64,000 bases of DNA from Escherichia coli (GCF_003334785.1 NZ_QOWV01000007.1); one strand, 5' to 3'. Positions 31,772 to 52,151 are shown, counted from the stretch's first letter. A program made the numbers and translations. Notes: generated from the letters alone by a model not told the origin.

Positions 31772-33054
31772 AAAACGGTCACTCCTTTCATGCCATCCTT
31801 GATTAGATTGATGAAGCCCACTTTCTTGCCGTGGCGGAGGATTTTCTTGCGCATCAGTTCCGGCGCGCTGCCATCAATGGTGAACAGGTCACGCGCCACA
31901 CCCACCGCCAGCTCCGGGTAGCCGCTAAACATGCGTGGGTTATCAAGGAACGCCGGTAGTTTCTGGTACATACGCATATCGCGCAGCGGACCACTCTCAA
32001 GATGCTGACGATATTCCGCCAGTTTTTGCTTACTGAAATCGTCGCTTTTCATCGCTGAAAGCACGGTTTTTGCTGCGGCTTCCCCGGCGGCAATCGCCAG
32101 ATCCATACCGCGAATGGTAAAACCGAGGTTCATACACATTCCGGCGGCATCACCGGCAATCAATACGCCGTCACCAACCAACTCCGGCAGCATGTTGATG
32201 CCTGCTTCCGGCACTACGTGAGCGGAATATTCCACCAGCTTGCCGCCCGCGATCAGCGGTGCAACGGCCGGATGCTGTTTGAAATCTTCCAGCATTTGCG
32301 GCACCGATTTTTTCGCGTCATGCAGATGATGCAAACCACAAACCAGCCCCAGCGACAGGGTGTTTTCATTGGTATAAAGGAAGCCGCCGCCCATCAGGCC
32401 ATCGGTGGGTGATCCCGCAAACAGGCAAGCCGCCCCCTGATTACCCTGCAACTGAAAACGGTCTTCAATAACCGACTTCGGTAACTCGATCAGTTCCTTC
32501 ACGCCAACCGCCACATCCGTCGGTTTGACGCGTTTTGCCATCCCCAATTTTTCGGCAAGGATGGAGTTCACCCCATCAGCAAGGATCACCGTTTTCGCTT
32601 CAATCACATCGCCATCGGCTTCTACACCGACGACTTTGCCATCGTGCTGTACGAGGTTATCGACGCGGATCCCGGTAATTAACTGCGCGCCCGCTTCTTC
32701 GGCCTGCTCCATCAGCCAGGCATCAAATTTACTGCGCAAAACGGAGTAAGAACGCTGGGATGGCGAGGTTTCGTCACCATTGCAGTAGTCCATAGTCATC
32801 GCTGACTTTTCCGTCATAAACGCGAGTTTTTCATGGGTGATCAGGCGTTCTACGGGGGCGGAGTCGGCGAAACCAGGAATAATGTGTTCCAGACTGTGGG
32901 CATAGAGACGCCCGCCGGTGACGTTCTTGGCACCTGCGGAATTGCCACGCTCGATAACTAACACTTGCGCACCTTCGCGGGCGAGCACCAGTGCGGCAAC
33001 CGAACCGGCAAGCCCTGCACCGACGATGATGGCGTCAAAGATATCTTCGGACAT
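31768..33054 (-). CDS. fixC: FAD-dependent oxidoreductase FixC (ETF-quinone oxidoreductase-like)
   Basis: 428-aa ORF; N-terminal FAD-binding motif DAIIVGAGLAGSVAAL. Confidence 0.94.
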   Translation of the reverse strand: MSEDIFDAIIVGAGLAGSVAALVLAREGAQVLVIERGNSAGAKNVTGGRLYAHSLEHIIPGFADSAPVERLITHEKLAFMTEKSAMTMDYCNGDETSPSQRSYSVLRSKFDAWLMEQAEEAGAQLITGIRVDNLVQHDGKVVGVEADGDVIEAKTVILADGVNSILAEKLGMAKRVKPTDVAVGVKELIELPKSVIEDRFQLQGNQGAACLFAGSPTDGLMGGGFLYTNENTLSLGLVCGLHHLHDAKKSVPQMLEDFKQHPAVAPLIAGGKLVEYSAHVVPEAGINMLPELVGDGVLIAGDAAGMCMNLGFTIRGMDLAIAAGEAAAKTVLSAMKSDDFSKQKLAEYRQHLESGPLRDMRMYQKLPAFLDNPRMFSGYPELAVGVARDLFTIDGSAPELMRKKILRHGKKVGFINLIKDGMKGVTVL

Positions 33055-33104
33055 AAGAGCTCCCTGTCAGCGGCAGGGCCAAAATGCAGCCCTGCCAGAG
33101 TGGA

Positions 33105-34046
33105 TCAACGCGCTAAAGCTGCGGTCAGCGCCGGAAGGATCTTCACGGCGTCGCCAACAATGCCGTAATCCGCGTACTGGAAGATCGGCGCATTTTTATC
33201 TTTATTGATGGCGAAAATGGTTTGCGACGCGTTAGCGCCAACCATGTGCTGGATCTGCCCGGAGATCCCCACCGCCAAGTACAGTTCAGGTTTCAGCATC
33301 AGGTTGGAGATACCGACATAGCGTTCGTGCTCCATCCATTTTTCGTTTTCCGCCACCGGACGAGAACAGGCCAACTCCGCACCTATCGCCTTGCAAAGCT
33401 GTTCTGCCAGCGCAATGTTCTCTTTGCTGCCAATACCGCGACCGACGCTGACCACCAGACGGGCTTTGTCGAGATCGACGCTGTTGCTCTGGCGCGCCTG
33501 GGTTGCCGTGCGGGTAATCGCCACAGCCGGAGCCTGCCACTCCACGGTGTGCGTTTCGCCAGTGCGTGACGCGTCTGGCTGAGCCGCATCGAACGTGCCG
33601 CTGCTGATGGTCAGTACCGCATACGGCGTGGCAATGCGTTCTTCGCCAATCGCCAGACCACCGTAAACCATGTGTTTCACTGTCGCTTTACCGTCCTGTA
33701 CGCTGACGGTGCTGGCATCGTTAGACACCGCCGCTTTAAGGCGATAACCCAGTTTTGCCGCCAGTAATTTGCCGCGACGGGTGTTTGGCAGCAGCACCAG
33801 GCCGTCTGCGCCGTGCTGGCGAATAGTGTCAGCCATGACACCGGCGTAATCTTCGATCATCCGATCGTCCGGTTTGCCGTTTAATTTCCAGACATGATTA
33901 GCGCCGAGCTGGATTGCCTGTGCGCCGTCGGCATCATTGAGGACAAAGGTGTTGATTTGATTAGCTAAAGCCTGCGCACCGTTCATCAGTTCCGGCAGAC
34001 GAGAAGGGGTATCGCTGAATACCCAGACTTGAGAAAACGTGTTCAT
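33105..34046 (-). CDS. fixB: Electron transfer flavoprotein alpha subunit FixB
   Basis: 313-aa ORF, ETF-alpha family. Confidence 0.94.
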
Positions 34047-34060
34047 AGCATCCCCTGTAA

Positions 34061-34831
34061 TTAAATGACTTTGCGAAGATTTTCAGCAAATGCGGCGATC
34101 TGTTCTTCGCCGTCGCCTTCAATCACGATGCGCTGACGTTCGCGCTGTTTCGGCGCGGCAACCTGTTGTTCTGACCAGGCTGCCTCTGCGTTAAAACCAA
34201 TATCCGCCGCCGACCATACCTGGACGGGCTTTTTCGCCGCGCCGAGAATGGCTTTCATCGAAGGAATTTGTGGGGAATTGATATCAGTGGAAACAGCAAC
34301 AACCGCAGGCAGCGGAATGCTTAAGGTTTCGGTTTCATCTTCCAGTTCGCGCTCAACGGTGAGGGTATCTGCAGTCAGGGAGATAATTTTGCTGACGCCG
34401 TTAACTGCCGGAATATTGAGGATTTCGCCTACCAGCAAACCAACCTGCTGGGCATAAAGGTCGGAAGAACCATCGCCACAGAGGATCAAATCAAAGCCTG
34501 CTTTCTGGGCGGCTGCAGCCAGTGCGCTCGCCGTTTGTTGCGGCAGTGCCTGCTCGAACTGGTCATCAATTACCACAATCAGTTCATCCGGGCCGCGCGA
34601 TAACACATCTTTACGCCCTTTGGCGTTGGTCAGGGCTTTACCGCCCACACTTAAGGCTGTCACCTGCGCCTCTGCTGCCTGTTGCTTTAGCTGGCAAGCC
34701 GCTTCAATAGCGTTGAGATCGTATTGGCTTATTTTGGCATCGGCTTTGCTGAAGTCTAATGAACCATCAGCATTATTGACCGCAATATCCTGTTCATCAG
34801 GCACGCACTTATAGCAAGTAATAATCTTCAT
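34061..34831 (-). CDS. fixA: Electron transfer flavoprotein beta subunit FixA
   Basis: ORF 34061..34894; known start [15 protein letters not shown] at the internal Met; 256 aa. Confidence 0.93.
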
Positions 34832-36818
<1,987 letters not shown>

Positions 36819-36848
36819 TTAACCCCCAAAATATCAAGAGGTTGAAAG

Positions 36849-37991
36849 ATGGATTTTAATTTAAATGATGAGCAGGAACTGTTTGTCGCCGGTATCCGCG
36901 AACTGATGGCCAGCGAAAACTGGGAGGCCTATTTTGCCGAGTGCGACCGTGACAGCGTCTACCCGGAACGTTTTGTCAAAGCACTGGCGGATATGGGTAT
37001 CGACAGTCTGCTGATCCCTGAAGAGCACGGTGGTCTGGACGCGGGGTTTGTTACTCTCGCCGCCGTGTGGATGGAGCTGGGACGTCTGGGGGCACCAACC
37101 TATGTACTGTACCAGTTGCCGGGCGGGTTCAATACCTTCCTGCGCGAAGGCACACAAGAGCAGATCGACAAGATTATGGCTTTCCGCGGCACCGGTAAGC
37201 AGATGTGGAACTCAGCGATTACCGAACCGGGCGCGGGCTCCGACGTGGGTAGCCTGAAAACGACTTATACCCGTAGAAATGGTAAGATTTATCTTAATGG
37301 TAGTAAGTGTTTTATTACCAGTAGCGCCTACACCCCGTACATCGTGGTGATGGCGCGCGACGGGGCTTCTCCGGACAAACCTGTCTACACCGAATGGTTT
37401 GTTGATATGAGCAAACCGGGCATCAAAGTGACCAAACTTGAGAAGCTCGGTCTGCGTATGGATAGCTGCTGTGAAATCACCTTTGACGATGTGGAACTGG
37501 ACGAGAAAGACATGTTCGGTCGGGAAGGTAACGGCTTTAACCGCGTCAAAGAAGAGTTCGACCATGAACGTTTCCTGGTAGCCCTGACCAACTACGGTAC
37601 GGCGATGTGCGCCTTTGAAGATGCGGCGCGCTACGCCAACCAGCGCGTGCAGTTTGGCGAGGCTATTGGTCGTTTCCAGTTGATTCAGGAAAAATTCGCC
37701 CACATGGCGATCAAATTAAACTCCATGAAAAACATGCTGTATGAAGCAGCGTGGAAAGCAGACAACGGCACCATCACCTCTGGCGATGCAGCGATGTGCA
37801 AATACTTCTGCGCCAATGCGGCATTTGAAGTGGTGGATAGCGCAATGCAGGTGCTGGGCGGTGTCGGGATTGCGGGCAACCACCGCATCAGCCGCTTCTG
37901 GCGTGACCTGCGTGTAGACCGCGTTTCCGGAGGATCTGACGAAATGCAGATCCTGACGCTGGGTCGTGCGGTGCTGAAGCAATACCGCTAA
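36849..37991 (+). CDS. caiA: Crotonobetainyl-CoA dehydrogenase/reductase (acyl-CoA dehydrogenase family)
   Basis: 380-aa [21 protein letters not shown]. Confidence 0.96.
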
Positions 37992-38002
37992 GTCCGTGCG
38001 CT

Positions 38003-38086
<84 letters not shown>

Positions 38087-38101
38087 TCATGCGCTACATA
38101 A

Positions 38102-39337
<1,236 letters not shown>

Positions 39338-39410
39338 ACGCGTGGCGTCAGTCGGCTTGCCTGACTAGCGCCCGCCCAATAACAAACGAACAAAAATGGA
39401 TAGAGGTGCA

Positions 39411-40964
39411 ATGGATATCATTGGCGGACAACATCTACGTCAAATGTGGGACGATCTTGCGGACGTTTACGGTCATAAAACGGCGCTGATTTGTGAATCC
39501 AGCGGCGGAGTCGTTAACCGGTATAGTTATCTTGAGTTAAATCAGGAGATTAACCGCACGGCAAACCTGTTTTATACGCTGGGGATTCGCAAAGGCGACA
39601 AGGTTGCACTACATCTCGACAACTGCCCGGAATTTATCTTTTGCTGGTTCGGGCTGGCAAAAATTGGCGCGATTATGGTGCCGATTAACGCCCGCCTGTT
39701 ACGCGAGGAAAGCGCGTGGATCCTGCAAAATAGCCAGGCGTGCCTGCTGGTAACCAGTGCGCAATTCTATCCTATGTATCAACAGATTCAGCAGGAAGAT
39801 GCCACTCAATTGCGGCACATTTGCCTGACAGATGTGGCACTTCCCGCTGATGATGGCGTGAGTTCGTTTACTCAACTGAAAAATCAACAACCTGCCACCT
39901 TGTGCTATGCACCGCCGCTATCGACTGACGATACGGCGGAAATTCTCTTCACCTCCGGCACCACCTCCCGACCGAAAGGTGTGGTGATTACCCATTACAA
40001 CCTGCGCTTCGCTGGATATTACTCCGCCTGGCAGTGTGCACTGCGTGACGATGACGTCTACCTGACGGTAATGCCTGCGTTTCATATCGATTGCCAGTGT
40101 ACTGCGGCGATGGCGGCGTTTTCTGCCGGGGCCACCTTTGTGCTGGTCGAGAAATACAGCGCCCGCGCCTTCTGGGGACAGGTACAGAAGTACCGCGCCA
40201 CCGTTACCGAATGTATTCCGATGATGATCCGTACCTTGATGGTGCAGCCGCCTTCAGCGAACGATCGGCAACACCGCCTGCGGGAAGTGATGTTTTATCT
40301 CAACTTGTCGGAGCAGGAAAAAGATGCGTTTTGTGAACGCTTCGGCGTTCGCTTGCTGACGTCTTATGGGATGACGGAAACCATTGTGGGCATTATCGGC
40401 GATCGCCCTGGCGATAAACGACGCTGGCCGTCGATTGGTCGAGCGGGGTTTTGCTACGAAGCGGAGATCCGCGACGATCACAATTGCCCGCTCCCGGCAG
40501 GTGAGATCGGTGAAATCTGTATTAAAGGCGTACCAGGGAAAACCATCTTCAAAGAGTATTTTCTCAACCCGAAAGCCACTGCGAAAGTGCTGGAAGCTGA
40601 TGGCTGGCTGCATACCGGCGATACCGGATACCGCGACGAAGAAGGCTTTTTTTATTTCGTCGATCGCCGCTGCAATATGATCAAACGCGGTGGCGAGAAT
40701 GTCTCCTGCGTGGAGCTGGAAAATATCATCGCCACCCATCCGAAAATTCAGGACATCGTGGTTGTGGGTATTAAAGATTCGATTCGCGATGAAGCCATCA
40801 AAGCATTTGTGGTGCTGAATGAAGGTGAAACATTGAGCGAAGAGGAATTTTTTCGCTTCTGCGAACAAAATATGGCGAAATTTAAAGTGCCCTCTTATCT
40901 GGAGATCAGAAAAGATCTGCCACGTAATTGCTCGGGGAAAATAATTAGAAAGAATCTGAAATAA
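39411..40964 (+). CDS. caiC: Carnitine-CoA ligase (AMP-forming)
   Basis: ORF 39396..40964; the ATG at 39411 has an agaggtg RBS, giving 517 aa; AMP-binding motif [11 protein letters not shown]. Confidence 0.92.
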   Translation: MDIIGGQHLRQMWDDLADVYGHKTALICESSGGVVNRYSYLELNQEINRTANLFYTLGIRKGDKVALHLDNCPEFIFCWFGLAKIGAIMVPINARLLREESAWILQNSQACLLVTSAQFYPMYQQIQQEDATQLRHICLTDVALPADDGVSSFTQLKNQQPATLCYAPPLSTDDTAEILFTSGTTSRPKGVVITHYNLRFAGYYSAWQCALRDDDVYLTVMPAFHIDCQCTAAMAAFSAGATFVLVEKYSARAFWGQVQKYRATVTECIPMMIRTLMVQPPSANDRQHRLREVMFYLNLSEQEKDAFCERFGVRLLTSYGMTETIVGIIGDRPGDKRRWPSIGRAGFCYEAEIRDDHNCPLPAGEIGEICIKGVPGKTIFKEYFLNPKATAKVLEADGWLHTGDTGYRDEEGFFYFVDRRCNMIKRGGENVSCVELENIIATHPKIQDIVVVGIKDSIRDEAIKAFVVLNEGETLSEEEFFRFCEQNMAKFKVPSYLEIRKDLPRNCSGKIIRKNLK

Positions 40965-41072
40965 ATGAAACGGCAGGGAACTACCCTGCCAGCTAATAAT
41001 CACGCTCTAAAACAATATGCATTTTTTGCAGGAATGTTGTCGTCCCTGAAAAAGCAAAAATGGAGAAAAGGA

Positions 41073-41858
41073 ATGAGTGAATCATTACATCTGACCCGCA
41101 ATGGATCAATTCTGGAAATTACCCTTGATCGCCCAAAAGCGAATGCTATTGATGCAAAAACCAGCTTTGAAATGGGCGAAGTATTTCTAAATTTCCGTGA
41201 CGATCCGCAATTACGTGTCGCCATTATTACCGGTGCCGGAGAGAAATTCTTTTCCGCGGGCTGGGATTTAAAAGCGGCAGCAGAAGGCGAAGCACCGGAT
41301 GCTGACTTTGGCCCGGGTGGTTTTGCGGGATTAACCGAAATTTTCAATCTCGACAAACCAGTTATCGCAGCTGTGAACGGCTACGCCTTTGGCGGCGGTT
41401 TCGAACTGGCGCTGGCGGCAGATTTTATTGTTTGTGCCGATAACGCCAGCTTCGCCCTGCCGGAAGCCAAACTGGGCATCGTTCCTGACAGCGGCGGTGT
41501 GCTGCGTCTGCCGAAGATCCTGCCGCCTGCCATCGTCAATGAAATGGTGATGACCGGCAGACGAATGGGCGCAGAAGAGGCGCTGCGTTGGGGGATAGTC
41601 AACCGCGTGGTTAGCCAGGCGGAACTGATGGATAACGCCCGCGAACTGGCGCAGCAGCTGGTTAACAGCGCTCCGCTGGCGATTGCGGCGCTGAAAGAGA
41701 TCTACCGCACCACCAGCGAAATGCCGGTAGAAGAAGCGTATCGCTATATTCGCAGCGGCGTGTTGAAACACTATCCGTCGGTTCTGCATTCGGAGGATGC
41801 CATTGAAGGGCCGCTGGCGTTTGCCGAGAAGCGCGATCCGGTGTGGAAAGGACGTTAA
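41073..41858 (+). CDS. caiD: Carnitinyl-CoA dehydratase (enoyl-CoA hydratase family)
   Basis: ORF 40965..41858; the ATG at 41073 ([11 protein letters not shown]) has a ggagaaaagga RBS; 261 aa. Confidence 0.92.
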   Translation: MSESLHLTRNGSILEITLDRPKANAIDAKTSFEMGEVFLNFRDDPQLRVAIITGAGEKFFSAGWDLKAAAEGEAPDADFGPGGFAGLTEIFNLDKPVIAAVNGYAFGGGFELALAADFIVCADNASFALPEAKLGIVPDSGGVLRLPKILPPAIVNEMVMTGRRMGAEEALRWGIVNRVVSQAELMDNARELAQQLVNSAPLAIAALKEIYRTTSEMPVEEAYRYIRSGVLKHYPSVLHSEDAIEGPLAFAEKRDPVWKGR

Positions 41859-41863
41859 CAACC

Positions 41864-42454
41864 GTGAGCTATTACGCCTTTGAGGGGTTAATTCCGGTGG
41901 TTCACCCGACGGCGTTTGTCCATCCCAGTGCCGTCTTGATTGGCGATGTGATTGTGGGAGCCGGTGTCTACATCGGCCCACTCGCCTCACTGCGTGGTGA
42001 CTACGGGCGGTTGATCGTGCAAGCGGGAGCCAATATTCAGGATGGCTGCATTATGCATGGCTACTGCGACACTGACACCATTGTTGGGGAAAACGGCCAT
42101 ATCGGGCACGGAGCGATCCTGCATGGTTGTGTGATTGGTCGCGATGCATTGGTCGGGATGAACAGCGTGATTATGGATGGCGCGGTCATTGGCGAAGAGA
42201 GCATTGTTGCCGCCATGAGCTTTGTCAAAGCGGGCTTTAGCGGCGAGAAACGCCAGTTGTTGATGGGTACGCCAGCCCGCGCTGTACGCAGTGTTAGTGA
42301 CGACGAGTTACACTGGAAACGGTTGAATACCAAAGAGTATCAGGATCTTGTCGGGCGCTATCATGCATCGTTACATGAAACGCAGCCGTTGAGGCAAATG
42401 GAGGAAAATCGCCCCCGTTTGCAGGGGACAACGGATGTGACGCCTAAACGGTGA
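41864..42454 (+). CDS. caiE: Carnitine operon protein CaiE (hexapeptide-repeat transferase family)
   Basis: ORF 41843..42454; known N-terminus [15 protein letters not shown] from the GTG at 41864; 196 aa. Confidence 0.9.
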   Translation: MSYYAFEGLIPVVHPTAFVHPSAVLIGDVIVGAGVYIGPLASLRGDYGRLIVQAGANIQDGCIMHGYCDTDTIVGENGHIGHGAILHGCVIGRDALVGMNSVIMDGAVIGEESIVAAMSFVKAGFSGEKRQLLMGTPARAVRSVSDDELHWKRLNTKEYQDLVGRYHASLHETQPLRQMEENRPRLQGTTDVTPKR

Positions 42455-42458
42455 TCTT

Positions 42459-42631
42459 GCCGGATGCGGCGTAAACGCCTTATCCAACTCTGCTGGAGAG
42501 CAACCGTAGGCCGGATAAGATGCGCCAGCATCGCATCCGGCGATAGCTGTCGGATGCGGCATAAACGCCTTATCCAACCCGGCTGGAGAGCAACCGTAAG
42601 CCGGATAAGATGCGCCAGCATCGCATCCGGC
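42459..42631. repeat. BIME/REP array (two ~86-bp tandem units) between caiE and caiF
   Basis: Repeated gccggatgcggcgtaaacgccttatccaac...gccggataagatgcgccagcatcgcatccggcga units. Confidence 0.85.
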
Positions 42632-42662
42632 GACCAGGTCGCACGGTATCATCGAAATGACA

Positions 42663-43058
42663 TTAACGACGCATACTCTTTGACAACATCATCTGCCACT
42701 TCTGCTCGCGGTTAAGTTCCGTGAGCGGAACGGCAGGAATACGCGGTGTCTTTCTTACGCCGACTAATTTTTCCCGACTGTTATTGCGCAGGCGCGCGTA
42801 AATTTGTTCATCGATATCGACCACTTTAACCAGTCGCTGACACTGGCATCCCCGCCCTTCCAGCTTATTAGGGATCATCTTAACTTCGCAGCTTATTTCT
42901 GTGACTTCCGACAGAATATAAGTCAGGGTATTAACCGCCTTGCTGTGTTCAATATCGAAATGAATAGAGATCTCTCTTGCTATCACCCACCGATTTTCAG
43001 CCATCATCCATTCGGCGATTAACAAGTAGAGTGGTTTTTCAACATATCCTTCACACAT
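42663..43058 (-). CDS. caiF: Transcriptional activator of the cai/fix operons
   Basis: ORF 42663..43163; known start MCEGYVEKPLYLLIAEW at the internal Met; 131 aa. Confidence 0.9.
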   Translation of the reverse strand: MCEGYVEKPLYLLIAEWMMAENRWVIAREISIHFDIEHSKAVNTLTYILSEVTEISCEVKMIPNKLEGRGCQCQRLVKVVDIDEQIYARLRNNSREKLVGVRKTPRIPAVPLTELNREQKWQMMLSKSMRR

Positions 43059-43235
43059 ACGAACTCCAGTTTCACAAATTAAAAGTCTGGCTATGACTCG
43101 TTTTGAAGCAATTAAACAAGGCCATATTAAAATTGTGGATATATCGATAGTATGCAACTTCACCGTCGATAAGTGTGAGCTAAATCCTGCTTATGTCATC
43201 AAAAATATCGATTCCCCAAAAGATTTACTTAATGG

Positions 43236-43270
43236 GCAAAAAAAAACGGTCCTCATCAGAGAACCGTATT
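43236..43270 (-). terminator. Rho-independent terminator downstream of carB
   Basis: On the minus strand acggttctctgatgaggaccgt hairpin followed by a run of nine T. Confidence 0.7.
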
Positions 43271-43319
43271 AGTTATTCGATCAAATTAGCGGATGAAAAA
43301 TATCTGCCATGACACGCTA

Positions 43320-46541
<3,222 letters not shown>

Positions 46542-46558
46542 GGCTCTTTTACTCCTGA

Positions 46559-47707
46559 TTACTTAGCGGTTTTACGGTACTGCTCAATTAACTCGATAAA
46601 GTGGTCGAACAACGGCGCGGCGTCGTGTGGACCAGGGCTGGCTTCAGGGTGCCCCTGGAAGCTGAATGCCGGTTTATCGGTGCGATGAATGCCCTGTAAC
46701 GTACCGTCGAACAGGGATTTATGCGTGACACGCAGGTTTGCAGGTAATATTGCTTCGTCCACCGCAAAACCGTGGTTCTGGGCGGTGATCATTACCACGT
46801 TTTTCTCCACATCTTTAACCGGATGGTTGCCGCCGTGGTGACCAAATTTCATTTTGACAGTCTTCGCACCGCTCGCCAGCGCCAGCAGCTGATGACCGAG
46901 ACAGATGCCGAATACCGGAATATCGGTTTCGAGGAATTTCTGGATGGCGGTAATGGCGTAATCGCACGGGGCCGGGTCGCCAGGACCGTTGGAGAGGAAG
47001 ATGCCGTCTGGATTCATTTTCAGCACATCTTCCGCAGAAGTTTGCGCCGGAACGATGGTCAGGCGACAGCCTCTATCCACCAGCATCCGCAGGATGTTGC
47101 GCTTGGCACCAAAATCATAAGCCACGACGTGGAACGGCAGCTCGTCTTCTTTTTTCGCTTCTGGCAGGCCACCGGTCAACGTCCAGCTCCCTTGTGTCCA
47201 GCTATAGGCTTCTGCGGTGGTCACTTCTTTTGCCAGATCCATGCCATTCAGACCTGGGAACGCGCGGGCTTTTTCTAACGCCAGCGCCGCATCCGGGTTA
47301 TCGCCCGCGATAATGCAGCCATTCTGTGCGCCTTTCTCGCGCAGTAAACGCGTCAGCTTACGGGTATCGATATCGGCAATCGCCACGATGTTATGGCGTT
47401 TCAGGTAAGAAGAGAGGTCTTCGGTATTACGGAAGTTGCTGGCAATCAGCGGCAGGTCGCGAATCACCAGACCTTGTGCATGTACCTGAGAAGATTCTTC
47501 ATCGGCGTCATTGGTGCCGACATTGCCAATATGGGGATAAGTAAGAGTAACGATTTGACGAGAATAGGAAGGATCAGTGAGGATTTCTTGATAACCGGTC
47601 ATTGAAGTATTGAAAACGACTTCCCCAACCGCCGAACCTGTTGCCCCTATGGCCCGACCGTGAAACTGGGTTCCGTCTTCCAGAACCAATAGCGCTGACT
47701 TAATCAA
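46559..47707 (-). CDS. carA: Carbamoyl-phosphate synthase small subunit (glutamine amidotransferase)
   Basis: ORF 46559..47734; known N-terminus [12 protein letters not shown] begins at a TTG (caa on + strand at 47705-47707) preceded by a ggaggg RBS; 382 aa. Confidence 0.93.
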   Translation of the reverse strand: MIKSALLVLEDGTQFHGRAIGATGSAVGEVVFNTSMTGYQEILTDPSYSRQIVTLTYPHIGNVGTNDADEESSQVHAQGLVIRDLPLIASNFRNTEDLSSYLKRHNIVAIADIDTRKLTRLLREKGAQNGCIIAGDNPDAALALEKARAFPGLNGMDLAKEVTTAEAYSWTQGSWTLTGGLPEAKKEDELPFHVVAYDFGAKRNILRMLVDRGCRLTIVPAQTSAEDVLKMNPDGIFLSNGPGDPAPCDYAITAIQKFLETDIPVFGICLGHQLLALASGAKTVKMKFGHHGGNHPVKDVEKNVVMITAQNHGFAVDEAILPANLRVTHKSLFDGTLQGIHRTDKPAFSFQGHPEASPGPHDAAPLFDHFIELIEQYRKTAK

Positions 47708-47900
47708 AACACCCTCCAGAGAATATTCACTCACTTTATTTGCATATTAATTCACAATGATGACGTAAATCAATGCAAATCTGCTTACCGACGAATTTCT
47801 GGCAAACGGCGGCATTCTGGAGATATGGGCGCTAAAAGTCAACTTAATGGCAGGATTTTTTATATTATTTTGTGGCTCATGCATGTTTTACAGGCATTAA
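47708..47900 (-). promoter_or_regulatory. carAB promoter region with ARG-box-like operators
   Basis: Immediately upstream of carA: minus-strand tgaattaatatgcaaataaagtgagtgaatattc (about 47721-47760) resembles tandem ArgR boxes (TNTGAATnnnnATTCAn) overlapping promoter P2. Confidence 0.6.
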
Positions 47901-48162
47901 GCGGCAAAAAGATCATATAACCTGTTCTGGAAAACGCTTGCGCAGCAAGAAGATTGCATGAAATAAAAGCGAGTAGGGAAAAGTGGACCAAATGGTCAAA
48001 ATTTACATTAAAACAACAAAAACCGAAGACAAAACATGTAATTTTTGGCACTTATAGACAATTTAAAAACATAACACTAAAAATAAAAGGGCCAAAAATT
48101 AAAGCCCTTTACAATCAATAAATTAAATGTGTTATTTTTGCACCATAACAAATATTTTGTGG

Positions 48163-48999
<837 letters not shown>

Positions 49000-49150
49000 T
49001 TAATTTGCATAGACCGTTTTCAGAGTAACCAGCGCATCGCTACGCCGCCAGCCAAAAACGCTGATAATTAGAAATTAATGATAAACAGGGAGGGATATCA
49101 GTGAAAGGCATGAGTCGATGAATGACTGCATGCCGATAACATGTGACAGG

Positions 49151-50065
49151 TTACGGCACCAGAGCCAGCAAATCAGCCACCCACTGTTGGAAGCCTTTTA
49201 CATTCAGATCCAATGCCACCTGTACATTGGCTGGTTTGCCCAGGCAACCGTCGATATCAACCACCGTCGTGCCTGAGGTAAATTCGCCTTGAGTTTCTAC
49301 CGCGACAAAACACGGCTTGAGGGTGAATAAGTCCGGGCGCACCAGCCAGGCGATGGCGCAGAGATCGTGCATTCGCAGACCGCTTTGCATACTGCCGCTA
49401 CGGTAGTGGCTAAACAGGGCGTGGAGCATTTTTCCGGTGCGATTCAACTCCGGTAAAGTAGCGAGATAGTCAGGGGTTAATATTGCCTGATTGGTGACAT
49501 CCAGACCGCACATGACAATTTCGATGCCGCTACGGAAGACACAGGCAGCCGCTTCTGGATCGGCAGCGATATTAAACTCGGCATTTGGTGTACAGTTGCC
49601 GCGACCAGCAGAACCGCCCATGATCACCAGACGGCGAATATGCGGTTTGCATTCCGGGCATTGTGAAAGTAACAGCGCAATATTGGTTAACGGGCCGATG
49701 GCTACCAGGGTAACAGGCTCTGGTGCACGCATCAGGGCATCCCGAATCGCCAGAAACGCCGGTACCTCGAGCGGCTTTCGGTTGTGCTCAACAAAGTCGT
49801 AGCCAGCCATTCCCGATTTGCCGTGCACAGATGCCGCATCACGCGGTGCGCGTACCAGCGGCACAGCGGCTCCCTGGGCGAGCGGAATCTCCGCATTCCA
49901 GAAATGCAGCAGTTGCAAGGCATTACGGGTAGTTTTCTCAACCGAGACATTACCCGCGACGGTGGTCATCAGTTGCAGGTCGAGTTCGGGGGCAAAAATC
50001 GCGGCGGCAATGGCGACGGCATCGTCAATGCCGGGGTCAGTATCGAGGAAGATAGGTAAACGCAT
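49151..50065 (-). CDS. rihC: Non-specific ribonucleoside hydrolase
   Basis: 304-aa [25 protein letters not shown] (IU-nucleoside hydrolase DTDPGIDD motif). Confidence 0.95.
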   Translation of the reverse strand: MRLPIFLDTDPGIDDAVAIAAAIFAPELDLQLMTTVAGNVSVEKTTRNALQLLHFWNAEIPLAQGAAVPLVRAPRDAASVHGKSGMAGYDFVEHNRKPLEVPAFLAIRDALMRAPEPVTLVAIGPLTNIALLLSQCPECKPHIRRLVIMGGSAGRGNCTPNAEFNIAADPEAAACVFRSGIEIVMCGLDVTNQAILTPDYLATLPELNRTGKMLHALFSHYRSGSMQSGLRMHDLCAIAWLVRPDLFTLKPCFVAVETQGEFTSGTTVVDIDGCLGKPANVQVALDLNVKGFQQWVADLLALVP

Positions 50066-50130
50066 GTTTTCTCCATAAAAAATGCCGGTAACAAGACCGG
50101 CATTTTCGCATAACTTAGGCTGCTAATGAC

Positions 50131-51081
50131 TTAATCGACTTCACGAATATCGACACGCAGCTCTTTCGGCACTTCGAAAACAATGTTTTCTTCACGGCCT
50201 TCCAGCGGAATGGCTTCACCACCGCCCAGCTGCTGCAAACGTGCCACCACATTTTGCACCAGAATATCCGGAGCCGATGCGCCCGCAGTCACGCCGACGC
50301 ATTTAACCTCTTTCACCCACTCTTCCTGGATATCTTTCGCATCGTCAATCAAAAACGCGCGTTTGCCCATACGCTGGGCCAGCTCCGCCAGACGGTTGGA
50401 GTTGGAGGAGTTTTTCGAACCGACCACCAACACAACTTCCGCCTGTTCTGCCAGGGCGCGTACCGCTTCCTGACGGTTAGTCGTGGCGTAGCAGATGTCA
50501 TCTTTGCGCGGACCGACAATTTTCGGGAAGCGTTTACGCAGCGCGTCGATCACATCAGACGTGTCATCCACCGACAGCGTGGTCTGGGTCATAAAGGAGA
50601 GCTTCTCTTCGTTTTTGACCGTCAGTTTCCACACATCGTCCGGCGATTCGACCAGATACATTCCCCCTTCCGGGTTACTGTACTGGCCCATCGTACCTTC
50701 CACTTCCGGATGCCCGGCGTGGCCGATGAGAATCGACTCTTCGCCACGACGGCTGGCGCGGGCGACTTCCATATGCACTTTGGTCACCAGCGGACAGGTG
50801 GCATCAAACACCGTCAAATCGCGGCTTTTTGCTTCGTTACGTACCGCCTGAGAAACACCGTGTGCGGAGAAAATCAGGATCGCGCCGTCCGGTACTTCGC
50901 TAATCTGCTCAATAAAGATAGCCCCACGCTCACGCAAGCTATCGACCACATAGCGGTTATGTACCACTTCGTGACGGACATATATCGGTGCGCCGTAAAT
51001 GGCCAGCGCGTTTTCAACAATGCTGATAGCGCGGTCTACCCCGGCACAAAAACCACGCGGGTTGGCCAACAGGATCTGCAT
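50131..51081 (-). CDS. ispH: 4-hydroxy-3-methylbut-2-enyl diphosphate reductase (IspH/LytB)
   Basis: ORF 50131..51165; known start [19 protein letters not shown] at the internal Met; 316 aa. Confidence 0.95.
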
Positions 51082-51082
51082 G

Positions 51083-51532
51083 TTACGCCTCCAGTGCCGG
51101 ATCGATTTCCAGCACTTCAATATCAAAATGAACGGTCTGCCCGGCCAGCGGATGGTTGAAATCAACGGTAATGGAGTCGCCGTTAATTTCGCGGATCACG
51201 CCAGGCATCTCACTGCCATCCATTGCGGTAAAAAGCATGATTGCGCCAATTTCTGGCTCGCCTGCATCCATAAATTCACGGCGGGAGAAGTACTGAATCA
51301 GGTCCGGTGACGGCACGCCAAACGCCGCATCTGGCTCCAACGAGAAGGTGGTTTTATCGCCCACTTTCAGCCCCAACAGGTGTTGCTCCAGCCCTTCAGA
51401 AAGAGAAGCATCACCCAGGCGGAACAGCGCCGGTTTACCGTTGTTGCGGGTAGACTCGGCGGTGGTGCCATCGTCGAGTTTTAGCGTGAAGTGCACCAGG
51501 ACGGCGCTATTGCTCTGTACAGATTCAGACAT
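51083..51532 (-). CDS. fkpB: FKBP-type peptidyl-prolyl isomerase FkpB (SlpA)
   Basis: 149-aa [26 protein letters not shown]. Confidence 0.94.
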
Positions 51533-51562
51533 GCAGGTTTGCTCTTATATTTGAGGATTTTT

Positions 51563-51651
<89 letters not shown>

Positions 51652-51656
51652 GTTTA

Positions 51657-52151
51657 TTATTGTTTTTTCGCTTTAGAAGGTAAAAACCCTTCCAGCACGA
51701 TCAACGCCGCACCGACACAAATGGCAGTATCGGCAAGGTTGAAGGTGGCGAAGTGCCAGTCGCCGACGTAGAAGTCGATCATATCGACAACGAAGCCGTG
51801 CCACAGGCGGTCGAACAGGTTGCCCAGCGCGCCGCCAATAATCAGCGCATAAGCGATATTGTTTAGCTTCTGCGTGGCCTTCGAGCGATACATCATCACT
51901 GCCAGGATCACGCTAATACCAATCGCAATACCGGCAAAGAACCAACGCTGCCAGCCGCCGCTATCGGCAAGGAAACTAAACGCCGCGCCATAGTTACGCG
52001 CATAATGCAGATTAAGCGACGGGAACAGCGGGACCGTATCCCCCAGAGCAAAGTTCTGGAGGATCAGGTATTTGCTGCCCAGATCGATAATCAGCACGAC
52101 TACCACCAGCCACAGCCAGCGTAGCCCTGTTGAACAGATCGATTGACTCAT
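51657..52151 (-). CDS. lspA: Lipoprotein signal peptidase II
   Basis: 164-aa hydrophobic ORF; start overlaps the ileS stop. Confidence 0.95.
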
